From sequence record MT710307.1: a stretch of 64,000 nt of DNA; one strand, 5' to 3'. Made by a program: the position numbers and the translations under genes. The notes below the pieces were generated by a model, which was not told the DNA's origin, searched no databases, and worked only from the letters and a program-made list of their open reading frames with translations. This document shows positions 29,303 through 38,143 of the stretch, piece by piece (the first letter of the stretch is position 1; each line of letters opens with the position of its first letter).

Positions 29303-29575
29303 ATGAAACCCTATCCACTTTGGAAACGTCTGTTCTACGCTTTCTTCCCTGCGAAGGAAGTCAAGCCCAAAGAAATCATCTTCACGTACGACCGCACAGA
29401 GGAAGAGTTCTGGGCGATGTTGAATAAAGAGTATCCGGGGTGGACTGCTATCTTTCCGTTCATGGAACGTAACGAACCACGCGTGGTTCACTACCATGCA
29501 GTGGATGGGGATCTTGTGGCTATCTGTGTACGCTGGCCAAACCGTAACTATTACTACACCGTGCAGGTGTCTTAA
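29303..29575 (+). CDS. Hypothetical protein (90 aa)
   Basis: GAGG RBS. Confidence 0.65.
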   Translation: MKPYPLWKRLFYAFFPAKEVKPKEIIFTYDRTEEEFWAMLNKEYPGWTAIFPFMERNEPRVVHYHAVDGDLVAICVRWPNRNYYYTVQVS

Positions 29576-29584
29576 CGAAGGGGT

Positions 29585-30757
29585 GTGGCCATGTCGTCAC
29601 CAGATTTAGATTTTATCACACTGTGTGAGGACTTCGACACAGTGGTTGCCTTGGAGTCCATAGGGGCGGGAATGAATAACCCGATGATGCGCTCTATTGC
29701 TTTGCGATGGAACGTGTTAGATGAAGCTGAGGCAGAGTGGGAAGAAGCTGTTGCCCGTGAGTCCAATGCGATGATGGAACGTGCGCAGGCGGTAGCCGAC
29801 GGTGCTGCACAAGGCAGTATTGCGAAGAAGGTTGCCAAAGACGCCGGTAAGGCTGCGGTGGGTGTGGGGATGGGTGCTGCCCGTCTGGCCGGTAAAGGGA
29901 CTGTTAAGGGCGCGAAAGCCGCAGGTAAAGGTGCTAAACACCTTTCGAGCAAACTGCTGGATAAATTCAAAGAGTGGGCAGAACACTACGGTCCTATCTT
30001 TAAAGAGAAAATCGCGGACATGACGTCGAAGTCCACCACGATGGAAAAGCGTCGCCAGAAGCTCGAGTCCAAACTGCACACGGCGGAGATTCACCCGCAA
30101 GACGTGCGCGTCCTGACGTGGGCAAGCTGCGTCTGTTACGAAGACAAGCCTGACCTTGCCAAATGTATCGAGCTGTCGAACCACAGTGAGGCGATGGCTG
30201 CCGCGGTGAAAGAGTACACCGTGAAAGTTGACCAGACCAAACTGGTTGTCGACCGCCGTAAGAAGAACGATGATGGCACGCTGGATAAAATTGGCTATCC
30301 GTCAAACGCCGCGATTCACCGCGCTTCAGGTCTCCTCGGTCGTTTTACCGAGAACGACGTCAAGGCTCGCCCGTTGGCCGGTAACGTTATCATTGTTACC
30401 CGTGGGTTCGGTGCAAAAGAGAAAGTGGAGTTTGCCGTTGCCCGTGAAGCCAAAATCGGTGGCAAGTTCGAAACACTGTCTAAGGCCGAATGTGAAAAAG
30501 CATTAGAGGCCGTTAAGCGCATTGCGCAAGCGCTCGAAGACCGCAGTGCTAAGCGTGGCGTCTTCAGCTACACCGGCATCTATGAAAACATGGAAAAGCT
30601 GCGTGAGCACATGAAGGATTTGGACGGGAACGAGCTGCGTGCCGTTACACTCCAGTTCAAGAACGCCATGGCCGTCGAAGATGCGTTTACAACAGCGCTT
30701 GTTCGTGTAGGCGATGGTCTGCTCAATTGGGTGCAGGCGTCCATTAAGGCGGGTTAA
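29585..30757 (+). CDS. Putative internal head protein with A-x-E propeptide (390 aa)
   Basis: VALES and VARES sites in an acidic N-terminal region, Ala/Lys-rich body typical of phiKZ-like head proteins. Confidence 0.6.
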   Translation: MAMSSPDLDFITLCEDFDTVVALESIGAGMNNPMMRSIALRWNVLDEAEAEWEEAVARESNAMMERAQAVADGAAQGSIAKKVAKDAGKAAVGVGMGAARLAGKGTVKGAKAAGKGAKHLSSKLLDKFKEWAEHYGPIFKEKIADMTSKSTTMEKRRQKLESKLHTAEIHPQDVRVLTWASCVCYEDKPDLAKCIELSNHSEAMAAAVKEYTVKVDQTKLVVDRRKKNDDGTLDKIGYPSNAAIHRASGLLGRFTENDVKARPLAGNVIIVTRGFGAKEKVEFAVAREAKIGGKFETLSKAECEKALEAVKRIAQALEDRSAKRGVFSYTGIYENMEKLREHMKDLDGNELRAVTLQFKNAMAVEDAFTTALVRVGDGLLNWVQASIKAG

Positions 30758-30759
30758 GC

Positions 30760-31236
30760 ATGAAAGTCGTTTTAGTTTCTAAGTTAACATCCCGGCTGGG
30801 TCAGAAGTTCCACGCCGAGTTAACCGATTTGCACAACAGTCTCTATAACGACCAGCAGGCCCGTCTTAAAGACCTGAATGGCCGAAGCGGCTTTAATGAA
30901 ATCGATGATGTCTCCGAAGTCTGGAGTGAAGGACAACAGGCTGCCGTAGCTGTAGACGACGAAGGTTGTGCGGTGGGGTTCCTGTCCTTCTCTATTCAGA
31001 CCGGTCGGTCGAACATGGGCAGTAAGTGGTTGTGGATTTACAACTTCTATGTCAACAACGACCAGCGTGGTAAAGGTGTCGGTCTCCTGCTGATGAACGC
31101 GGTACGCGACCACGGGAAAGCCAAAGGTTGTGGTTTCATGCAGCTCTACGTGCTGGACAATAACCAGCAAGCGATTGCGATGTACCAGAAGTTTGGTTTT
31201 CGCACCGAATATCGGGATATGGTGAAGGAGATTTAA
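30760..31236 (+). CDS. GNAT-family acetyltransferase
   Basis: FYVNNDQRGKGVGLLLM; LYVLDNNQQAIAMYQKFGF. Confidence 0.9.
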   Translation: MKVVLVSKLTSRLGQKFHAELTDLHNSLYNDQQARLKDLNGRSGFNEIDDVSEVWSEGQQAAVAVDDEGCAVGFLSFSIQTGRSNMGSKWLWIYNFYVNNDQRGKGVGLLLMNAVRDHGKAKGCGFMQLYVLDNNQQAIAMYQKFGFRTEYRDMVKEI

Positions 31237-31842
31237 ATGGCAACTGTTCGCAATGTGCCCCATCAGGAGGGCCGTCATTATACGTTTGGTGTGAAGCGGC
31301 ATTTCCTCGGTTTCCGTCCGGGATGGAAAGTGGTTCGCGTTGCGGGCAGTTTCTGGCAACTCCCACCTAACGTGTTGAAGCATTACTCGGCAGAGCAGAT
31401 ACAACATTTCCTCACACTGGCGGACTGGAGACAGAAAGACTCCTTTAACCGTATCAAGTGTAATGAAATTGGTAAGTCTCGGAATGCAACCGAGCGGGGT
31501 GTTTACTGGACGGGACAAAACGCATTTCAAACGGGTGGCTTTGTTGGCCCAACGGAAGTGCGCGAAGTCGAAGGGCAACTGGACGGCAGAACATTTATCG
31601 GACTGCACATCCACTGTCCTGATTCCCCTCAGTATGACTACCTGCTTGTTACCGATAAAGATGTGACCTTCTCGACGTTCTACAAGTACCTCTTGTTTTA
31701 CAGCGATAAGATCTATTTCTACGCGTTCAATCGTGATACGCCGTGGGATATCGGTTTCCCTTACTTACGCCTACGGAGTAAAGAGGCATGTTCTATCGAG
31801 AACTTCAACAGTATACCGACGCTTTGCAAAGAAGCGAGCTAA
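31237..31842 (+). CDS. Hypothetical protein (201 aa)
   Basis: AAGGAG RBS; abuts GNAT stop. Confidence 0.7.
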   Translation: MATVRNVPHQEGRHYTFGVKRHFLGFRPGWKVVRVAGSFWQLPPNVLKHYSAEQIQHFLTLADWRQKDSFNRIKCNEIGKSRNATERGVYWTGQNAFQTGGFVGPTEVREVEGQLDGRTFIGLHIHCPDSPQYDYLLVTDKDVTFSTFYKYLLFYSDKIYFYAFNRDTPWDIGFPYLRLRSKEACSIENFNSIPTLCKEAS

Positions 31843-32156
31843 AGCACGACAGTAACTTTGATGATGTCACGGATGTCCTTTCTCAATTTAAAGACCTCGT
31901 GGTAACCGTTAAGACTGACCCAATCGGTGAGCAGTCGCGGGGGTTAGACCTTGTGATTGCCAACGAACATGGGCGGTTCCATTTGCGTTTCCGTTACAGT
32001 AAGGATTTTTTACTCACCTTATTGTGTCACGTTGAAACGAATGGCCAGCGACACAAAGTGCGTTGGTGGGACGATTATTCTAAGTTCGAGTACGCAGAAG
32101 CAGAACACCGCCAAACCGTATACGACTTTATGCGAGCCGTAATTAACGGATTTTGA
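31788..32156 (+). CDS. Hypothetical protein (122 aa)
   Basis: GAGG RBS; 55-nt overlap with previous gene. Confidence 0.6.
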   Translation: MFYRELQQYTDALQRSELKHDSNFDDVTDVLSQFKDLVVTVKTDPIGEQSRGLDLVIANEHGRFHLRFRYSKDFLLTLLCHVETNGQRHKVRWWDDYSKFEYAEAEHRQTVYDFMRAVINGF

Positions 32157-32166
32157 GAGAGCGAAA

Positions 32167-32766
32167 ATGCCTGAGATGATCTTAGACTCGCTTTTCCTGA
32201 TTACCAATGCGTACATTGATAAGAATGGTAAACTGCCGGTGCGTATCTGCGTCCGGCGCAGCGGCGTGAGCCGTCTGTATCACATTACCAAAGTCTTAGA
32301 CATTGCGTGTAAAGTGACCGGGATGAAGCGACCGAAAACCCTGAACAACTTCAAACACGTTCAAGGTATTTTACACAAAGCCATGTGTGACATGCACCGT
32401 AAGCGTCGTCACTCACCGTACCATCCATTAACGCGGGCATCAGGAGGTGACGTGGAGTATCGTGAGAACATCGTTAACCTGCGTCCGGGTTATTGCAATG
32501 TTGCGGGGTTAGGCGCACAACGCCTGCGGAACATCATTCAGGGCAAGAACGCTGAACCGACCCCGCAGGAAGCAGAACACGCGATGTCGATGTTGCGGGC
32601 TGCTGAACTCGTGGTAGTGGATACCGAAGTTGAAGCGTACCGTATGCAGTTCTTCTTGACTGAACGCGGGCTAACGGCTTTGGTGGTCTACGGTGAAACG
32701 GCTGACAAGCTGAGCCTGCCGAGCACAGATGGCGTCTGGTCGAAACCGACCGTTGAGCATCTGTAA
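32167..32766 (+). CDS. Hypothetical protein (199 aa)
   Basis: ORF followed by terminator. Confidence 0.7.
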   Translation: MPEMILDSLFLITNAYIDKNGKLPVRICVRRSGVSRLYHITKVLDIACKVTGMKRPKTLNNFKHVQGILHKAMCDMHRKRRHSPYHPLTRASGGDVEYRENIVNLRPGYCNVAGLGAQRLRNIIQGKNAEPTPQEAEHAMSMLRAAELVVVDTEVEAYRMQFFLTERGLTALVVYGETADKLSLPSTDGVWSKPTVEHL

Positions 32767-32770
32767 TGTT

Positions 32771-32808
32771 TACCCACCCTTCGGGGTGGGTTTACTCTAT
32801 CTTTTTTT
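32771..32808 (+). terminator. Intrinsic terminator (UUCG)
   Basis: ACCCACCC-TTCG-GGGTGGGT plus T-tract. Confidence 0.8.
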
Positions 32809-32828
32809 GAATAGATATTATTTAGGTG
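32809..32828 (+). promoter_or_regulatory. Putative early promoter
   Basis: GAATAGATATTATTTAGGTG. Confidence 0.6.
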
Positions 32829-32921
32829 AGATGACAATAGTTATCTTTTTTACAACAGATACTCTAAGTATGCCGTAGTGCGTCGGTTAAAACGCATCAA
32901 CTAACCTAAGAGAGAAATACC

Positions 32922-33680
32922 ATGACTGTTAAAGCTGAGAAAAAAGAGTTCCTGTCCGTATCTACCCCAGATGGGCAATACCGCTATGTGTTTTTATACA
33001 ATGCGGATTCTGTCGGTAATCACGGACTTCCCCGTTCACTCGAGCATAAGCTCATCGGCACCAAAACTGGCGGTACGGTTGTTCCCGGCGGTTTCGAAGT
33101 GTTTGCACCGAATGCAACACGCGAGGACGTTATTCGCGAAATGCTTTCGGCGATGCGTAACATCTCGGCTAAGATGTTCTTTAAGCAGGTTGCACGGAAA
33201 CCGCATCTTATTGATGCGTGGAAGGAATTCGATTTAGAGGCTCTGCGTGAAGAAGCTTCGCGGTATGTTTCCATTGAAGAGTGCATCAACGCATTTTTCA
33301 GTGAGGTGATGAAAACCGAACGGTTGGTTAGAAGGCCGTCGGAAGTAGAGCAGTTCTATCGTAAAGTCAGTAGCACTGAAAACCTCCGGGCTAACTTCAA
33401 TGATATTGAGTTGCGTGTGACACGCCGTATGTCTCTGCTTTTCACCGATAAGAGTGCGATGCGAATTATGCTATCGTATTCCCTGACACCGCCAGCAGGT
33501 CTTCCGAGGAATGACGATTTCGACGTGCGTGGACTCAGCTTCACTAACAACTACTCGTTAGCGGAATGGCCATCACTTAATCGCTTCTTTAATGATCCTA
33601 CAATCAAGCCAGTCATCGAAGCATGGATTGAACACACTTGGACTCCCGAGATGAAGGAAGCCAAGAAAATCGAGTGGTAA
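32922..33680 (+). CDS. Hypothetical early protein (252 aa)
   Basis: Monocistronic unit between promoter motif and terminator. Confidence 0.75.
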   Translation: MTVKAEKKEFLSVSTPDGQYRYVFLYNADSVGNHGLPRSLEHKLIGTKTGGTVVPGGFEVFAPNATREDVIREMLSAMRNISAKMFFKQVARKPHLIDAWKEFDLEALREEASRYVSIEECINAFFSEVMKTERLVRRPSEVEQFYRKVSSTENLRANFNDIELRVTRRMSLLFTDKSAMRIMLSYSLTPPAGLPRNDDFDVRGLSFTNNYSLAEWPSLNRFFNDPTIKPVIEAWIEHTWTPEMKEAKKIEW

Positions 33681-33693
33681 GAATCTAATAACT

Positions 33694-33729
33694 CAGGCAT
33701 CCTTCGGGGTGCCTGCTTTATTTTTTTTG
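33694..33729 (+). terminator. Intrinsic terminator (UUCG)
   Basis: CAGGCATCC-TTCG-GGGTGCCTG plus T-tract. Confidence 0.85.
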
Positions 33730-33792
33730 TTCGATTACAGCAAGTGTACATTATGTGTACAGAACACTTAAAGCTTTAATGGGGAAAACGTA

Positions 33793-34434
33793 ATGACAGC
33801 CATTACCGCGGCCTTCGATGGTCACGATTATGCTGGGAAGTCTACGATGGTGCAGAAAGTTCGCGCTGTCTTAGAAGGTCTCGGTCTGCGAGTGAAGGTG
33901 GTTAACCACCCGTGTGCGGATACCGAGACAGGGCAGTTTGCTCGCCGTCAGTTAGTGACTGGTGTGGCGGATGCTCTGGTTGCACGGGCAATGTGTCAGG
34001 ATTTCGAATACACACTGCAATACGTCGTACCCCAATACGACGTGGTTTTGCTTGACCGTTGGGCACCCGTGACAATCGCGAACCAAGGTGACGAGGGCCG
34101 TCAGGAAGTCTTCCGCTCTGGTGTGTGTAACCAACCGGGCTCACCCCAGATTTATATCTCGATGGAAGTCGGTTTTGAAACCGCCAAACTCCGTCGTGAC
34201 AAACGTCTGGCTGAGAAAGGGTTGGACTGGGATGATGCGGTCAGTGGTAAGATGTTCGAGTCGGAAGAAGCGTGGGATGCGTATCGCGATCGCTATCGTT
34301 ATGCGTTCCAGATTCTGACCGAGGGCGGGGATAAGTTCCAGTGGCTGAAGTTTGACGAACAGTCTGACCAAGTTACGGCACCGCTCACCATCGCGACCGC
34401 AATCGCAGTGGCGTACGTGAACAAACTAAAATAA
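33793..34434 (+). CDS. tmk: Thymidylate (dTMP) kinase
   Basis: P-loop FDGHDYAGKST, VVNHP, LLDRW. Confidence 0.85.
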   Translation: MTAITAAFDGHDYAGKSTMVQKVRAVLEGLGLRVKVVNHPCADTETGQFARRQLVTGVADALVARAMCQDFEYTLQYVVPQYDVVLLDRWAPVTIANQGDEGRQEVFRSGVCNQPGSPQIYISMEVGFETAKLRRDKRLAEKGLDWDDAVSGKMFESEEAWDAYRDRYRYAFQILTEGGDKFQWLKFDEQSDQVTAPLTIATAIAVAYVNKLK

Positions 34435-34441
34435 GAAAGAC

Positions 34442-34476
34442 CCCTCTTACCTTCGGGTAAGAGGGTTTTATTTTTT
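34442..34476 (+). terminator. Intrinsic terminator (UUCG)
   Basis: CCCTCTTACC-TTCG-GGTAAGAGGG plus T-tract. Confidence 0.85.
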
Positions 34477-34510
34477 ACACCAACCGATAGTCCTATGCTT
34501 TATTCCACAA

Positions 34511-34536
34511 AATCTCAGATAGATATCATCTAGGTG
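34511..34536 (+). promoter_or_regulatory. Putative early promoter
   Basis: AATCTCAGATAGATATCATCTAGGTG. Confidence 0.65.
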
Positions 34537-34582
34537 GACATTGAAATCAATGTCTTATTGTACCCACAAGGAGAATCAAACA

Positions 34583-34933
34583 ATGCGTTATATTCACGAT
34601 GCTACTCGCAATGCTAAAAACAAGTTCGTCAACCAAATGAGCTTCATCATTGAAAAGATTGTTGAAGACGGTGTGACCCAGCGTGAACTTGCTGACGTTG
34701 CGAAAGTCTCACCGGGCGTCATTAGCAACATCAAATTCGGTCGCGTCGACCGTGTTTCATTTGACGTCGTTAAGCGTGTCGCCGATGCCCTGCGTCTGGA
34801 ATATACAATCACCGTAACGTCCCGCTTTGGTAAGGCTACCGAAACTGTGACCGTACAAACCGGTTATGAATATATGAGACTCAATGCCGCATGGCAGGGT
34901 CACCAGGCTAAGTCCGTCCGTATCGCACACTAA
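34583..34933 (+). CDS. XRE/Cro-C1 helix-turn-helix regulator
   Basis: VTQRELADVAKVSPGVISNIKFGRVDRVSFDVVKRVADAL; AAGGAG RBS. Confidence 0.85.
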   Translation: MRYIHDATRNAKNKFVNQMSFIIEKIVEDGVTQRELADVAKVSPGVISNIKFGRVDRVSFDVVKRVADALRLEYTITVTSRFGKATETVTVQTGYEYMRLNAAWQGHQAKSVRIAH

Positions 34934-34944
34934 TCGAGGTTACC

Positions 34945-35415
34945 ATGAAAGCAATTTATGCCGCTGGTAAGACCCAGCACATTATCGCCCCACACGACGA
35001 ATGTTGCCCGCACCTCCATCCGTGGCAAATCGCCCCGTACTACACCGCGCAAATCGTCGGCCCTATCCGTACAGTGTTCTACACCTGTAAGTCGTGCCAC
35101 GAAGCGTTACAGAACGAAATCGCGCAGAACTTCATCCTCTGCAACGATTGCCGTAAACCGATGGCACCGGAAGAAGTGATTTGCTGGTCACCGTATGACA
35201 CCAATCCTGCTGAACCGACCATCTATCTGTGCAAAGACTGTGAGTGTGGTACGAAACATTTCGACCGTGTCGAGTACGACCGTGCGAACTTCGTACAAAG
35301 CTATCCGGTGAAACAACGTAATCTCCGCCTACTCGCCACAAGCGATGCCGGAATGAACATGCGTTATATCCCGGAGCCGATTCGTCGTCGTGTCGACCAA
35401 CACATCCAGTCGTAA
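34945..35415 (+). CDS. Cys-rich putative Zn-binding protein (156 aa)
   Basis: CCPH, CKSC, CNDC, CKDCEC. Confidence 0.65.
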   Translation: MKAIYAAGKTQHIIAPHDECCPHLHPWQIAPYYTAQIVGPIRTVFYTCKSCHEALQNEIAQNFILCNDCRKPMAPEEVICWSPYDTNPAEPTIYLCKDCECGTKHFDRVEYDRANFVQSYPVKQRNLRLLATSDAGMNMRYIPEPIRRRVDQHIQS

Positions 35416-35420
35416 AGTAT

Positions 35421-35449
35421 AAGGGGGTCTTTCCCCCTTCTTATTTTTT
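35421..35449 (+). terminator. Intrinsic terminator
   Basis: AAGGGGG-TCTTT-CCCCCTT plus T-tract. Confidence 0.7.
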
Positions 35450-35508
35450 GCCTTTTTACGCAACTTCCCTTTCCTGTGAATAACAAGAATTTGTTGCGGG
35501 GGAAATCG

Positions 35509-36516
35509 ATGCAATCGATAGCGCAATCAACCATCATTAAACCGTCGGTCGAACCGACAGAACAGCAAATCAACATCACCATTGAGCGTCTCACTTGGGG
35601 TAGCGAAAAAGCACGCGAGTATTATCATGCCTTTGGGTCACGTACCATTCCGATTAAACGGTTGAACGTTATCCTCAAAAATCCACAGTACCAAGTCTTC
35701 GGTTTACGCAACGACAGACATAAGCCACTCGGGTATGTCTCGGTCATTACCACCATGGGTGATGAAACCCTCATCATTCATCATGCAGAAGAGATTATTT
35801 CTAAGTCTCTTAACAAAGTGGCAATGATGATGTTGTTGGATCATGTCGGGTGTCGCTATGCAATGACGGTTGACGGGTCGTCTGATAACTTCGACTTCCG
35901 CAACCGCATGGGCTTTAAGCTGATTGAAAACAACTGGATGGTGAACTGTAAACCGTACGAGAAACTTCCCATCGATAAACGGATTGTGGATGTCTCTGGT
36001 TTAGAGTCACTCAGCGAACAACAGCTTGAGCAACTTACCGGTTTAATCCGCTACACCATCTACCGCGAAGGACAGACCGATCCGTTTGGTCGGGAAATCT
36101 TCCGTGAAGTGTTGCCAGAGTCGGTTGTTGAACGTGGCCGCACCAGTCAGTATAAAACACTGGTCTGGATGGATGCAGGGGATATCCTCGGTGTCGCACA
36201 ACTCCAATACGCTCAATGGGGTGAGATTATCCTGAGTGGGGTTGGGGTTGATGGTTCCCATACGGGCAAGCGCATCGGGCGCAATCTGGTTGCTGCGGCA
36301 ATACAGAAAGCGGGTATGTCTCACGAGCATCTGATGGCCACTACCTTTGCAGACAATGGGCCAATGAACCATCTGTTTGGAAACCTCTTAGGTTGGGATA
36401 TGTTGCCGGGGTCAATTGGCGTGGAGCTGGTTGAGAACGCGGTAAGCTGGAAGAAGTCGAAGAAGTATCTGGGTGCGACAGCCGGTCACGGTGCCCCAGT
36501 GTACAAAGGGGATTGA
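35509..36516 (+). CDS. Tandem GNAT-domain protein (C-terminal domain intact)
   Basis: VGVDGSHTGKRIGRNLV and TFADNGPMNHLFGNLLGW in C-half; N-half has a GNAT-like pattern ending FRNRMGF. Confidence 0.7.
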   Translation: MQSIAQSTIIKPSVEPTEQQINITIERLTWGSEKAREYYHAFGSRTIPIKRLNVILKNPQYQVFGLRNDRHKPLGYVSVITTMGDETLIIHHAEEIISKSLNKVAMMMLLDHVGCRYAMTVDGSSDNFDFRNRMGFKLIENNWMVNCKPYEKLPIDKRIVDVSGLESLSEQQLEQLTGLIRYTIYREGQTDPFGREIFREVLPESVVERGRTSQYKTLVWMDAGDILGVAQLQYAQWGEIILSGVGVDGSHTGKRIGRNLVAAAIQKAGMSHEHLMATTFADNGPMNHLFGNLLGWDMLPGSIGVELVENAVSWKKSKKYLGATAGHGAPVYKGD

Positions 36517-36517
36517 G

Positions 36518-37339
36518 ATGCGTTCTATTTTAAAATGGGTCGGTGGAAAGAAGCGAATCATCCAACCCCTGCGTAAGGTGTTCGGTGACGTCGATTGTTT
36601 CGTCGAGCCGTTCGTGGGCGCAGGGTCGGTATTCATGAACACCAACTTCCCGAAGTACATTCTCTCTGACTACAATCCCGACTTGGTTGCGGTGCTTCGT
36701 TCTGCGATGGAAGCCCCGGATGATTTGGTGGAAGCTTGTGAGCAACTCTGGACTAACGGGTGTGACCCTGAGGTCTATGATGCGCGACGGGCGATACTCA
36801 ATGACCGTGAGAACGTCACTGTCGAAGACACCATTGACCGGGCAGCTATCTTCATTTACCTGAACCGTCACGGTTACAACGGGTTGTGTCGCTACAACAA
36901 GTCAGGCGGGTATAACGTCCCTTATGGCGACCACCCAACCAAGCCGTATCTGCCAAAAGAAGAAATCCATGCGTTCTGGAAACGCTGCACCGAATCTGAA
37001 GTAGACTTACGCTGCTGTGGCTTTGAGGAGACGATTATCAATGCACCGAAAGGTTCACTGATTTACGCCGACCCTCCGTACATACCCAGCTCGAAAACTT
37101 CTTCGTTCGCGCAGTACCATAAATCCTCCTTTAACCAACAACATCAACGTCAATTGGCTAAGCTTCTAAAAGAAGCGCACCTCCGTGGTTGTCGTGTAGT
37201 CTTGTCGAACTCTGATACGCTGCTCACCAAAGACATCTACTACGGCTTCCAATGGCAGACTGTAGAGGTGGGGCGGTATTTGGGATCGAAGGCTGAAACC
37301 CGTGGACGTGTGAACGAGCTGATTGGTGTTCTGGAGTAA
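36518..37339 (+). CDS. dam: DNA adenine methyltransferase (Dam/D12 class)
   Basis: ILKWVGGK, FVEPFVGAGSV, YLNRHGYNGLCRYNKSGGYNVPYG, IYADPPY, VVLSNS. Confidence 0.92.
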   Translation: MRSILKWVGGKKRIIQPLRKVFGDVDCFVEPFVGAGSVFMNTNFPKYILSDYNPDLVAVLRSAMEAPDDLVEACEQLWTNGCDPEVYDARRAILNDRENVTVEDTIDRAAIFIYLNRHGYNGLCRYNKSGGYNVPYGDHPTKPYLPKEEIHAFWKRCTESEVDLRCCGFEETIINAPKGSLIYADPPYIPSSKTSSFAQYHKSSFNQQHQRQLAKLLKEAHLRGCRVVLSNSDTLLTKDIYYGFQWQTVEVGRYLGSKAETRGRVNELIGVLE

Positions 37340-37341
37340 CC

Positions 37342-38136
37342 ATGCACCTGTTATCGTATCCACCTGTGTACGAACGACCTGTCCTCCTCAATGGTCGAGA
37401 GGTTGAAGTTGAACGTATTTGGCAAGGCATTAAACAAACCCATCCGTTAGCGATGGACGAGGAGCATTATCTGGTGGTGTCTAACACACGCCAGACACTC
37501 CTTGTATTAAGTGGCGAACGTCACGGTGATGTGTTCCATATTCTCAATATGGTGCCGATGACCGACAAGCCCTTTTACCAGTGGAAAAACCTCATGCGTC
37601 AACTCGAAGTGGTTCACTTCGATGTGGTATTAGACCCAAGTGCTCACGTCGAGCACGGGATATGCCAGGCCATGGGACTTGAGTTCGTGACAAAGCGTGT
37701 GAAGTTTACCCCGTTTGATGTTTCGCGTTTCAACACGCGTGCGCCGATGATTCATCGTCAGGAGAACTGTTCTCTTGATGACATGGAGCGTGTGTGTCAG
37801 ATAACGAAGAAATCACTGCCGGGGTATAAGCACGTCTTAAAGGAAGTGGCGTTCGGTTTTATGGAAACGTTGGTGCGCAAACAAAACGACAAGATTACGT
37901 CGGTGTTGTTTGTTACCCAGACGCCTAATACCGTAACCGTCGCTAACTACGTTTCTGTGTTTCATCAACAGGACAGGCAGTATGCGCAGGACTTCTCGGA
38001 GTTCTTCCGCTACTTGCTGAAACTGTGTGGGACACAGAAGAAGTCGTTATATATCTCGCTGGACGCTAAGGCAGAGATACCGACTTACGATGGTATCACT
38101 CATGAGGTGGTGACACATCATTACACGATTGCTTAG
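37342..38136 (+). CDS. Hypothetical protein, possible degenerate tandem GNAT fold (264 aa)
   Basis: Two-domain beta/alpha pattern, ICQAMGLEF motif-B-like; acetyl-CoA loop not recognisable. Confidence 0.4.
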   Translation: MHLLSYPPVYERPVLLNGREVEVERIWQGIKQTHPLAMDEEHYLVVSNTRQTLLVLSGERHGDVFHILNMVPMTDKPFYQWKNLMRQLEVVHFDVVLDPSAHVEHGICQAMGLEFVTKRVKFTPFDVSRFNTRAPMIHRQENCSLDDMERVCQITKKSLPGYKHVLKEVAFGFMETLVRKQNDKITSVLFVTQTPNTVTVANYVSVFHQQDRQYAQDFSEFFRYLLKLCGTQKKSLYISLDAKAEIPTYDGITHEVVTHHYTIA

Positions 38137-38143
38137 GAGGGTT

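Noticed and set aside
34583-34933. Lysogeny repressor / temperate lifestyle
   Set aside because: No integrase, att site or divergent cro pair; core genes are those of lytic phiKZ-like phages.
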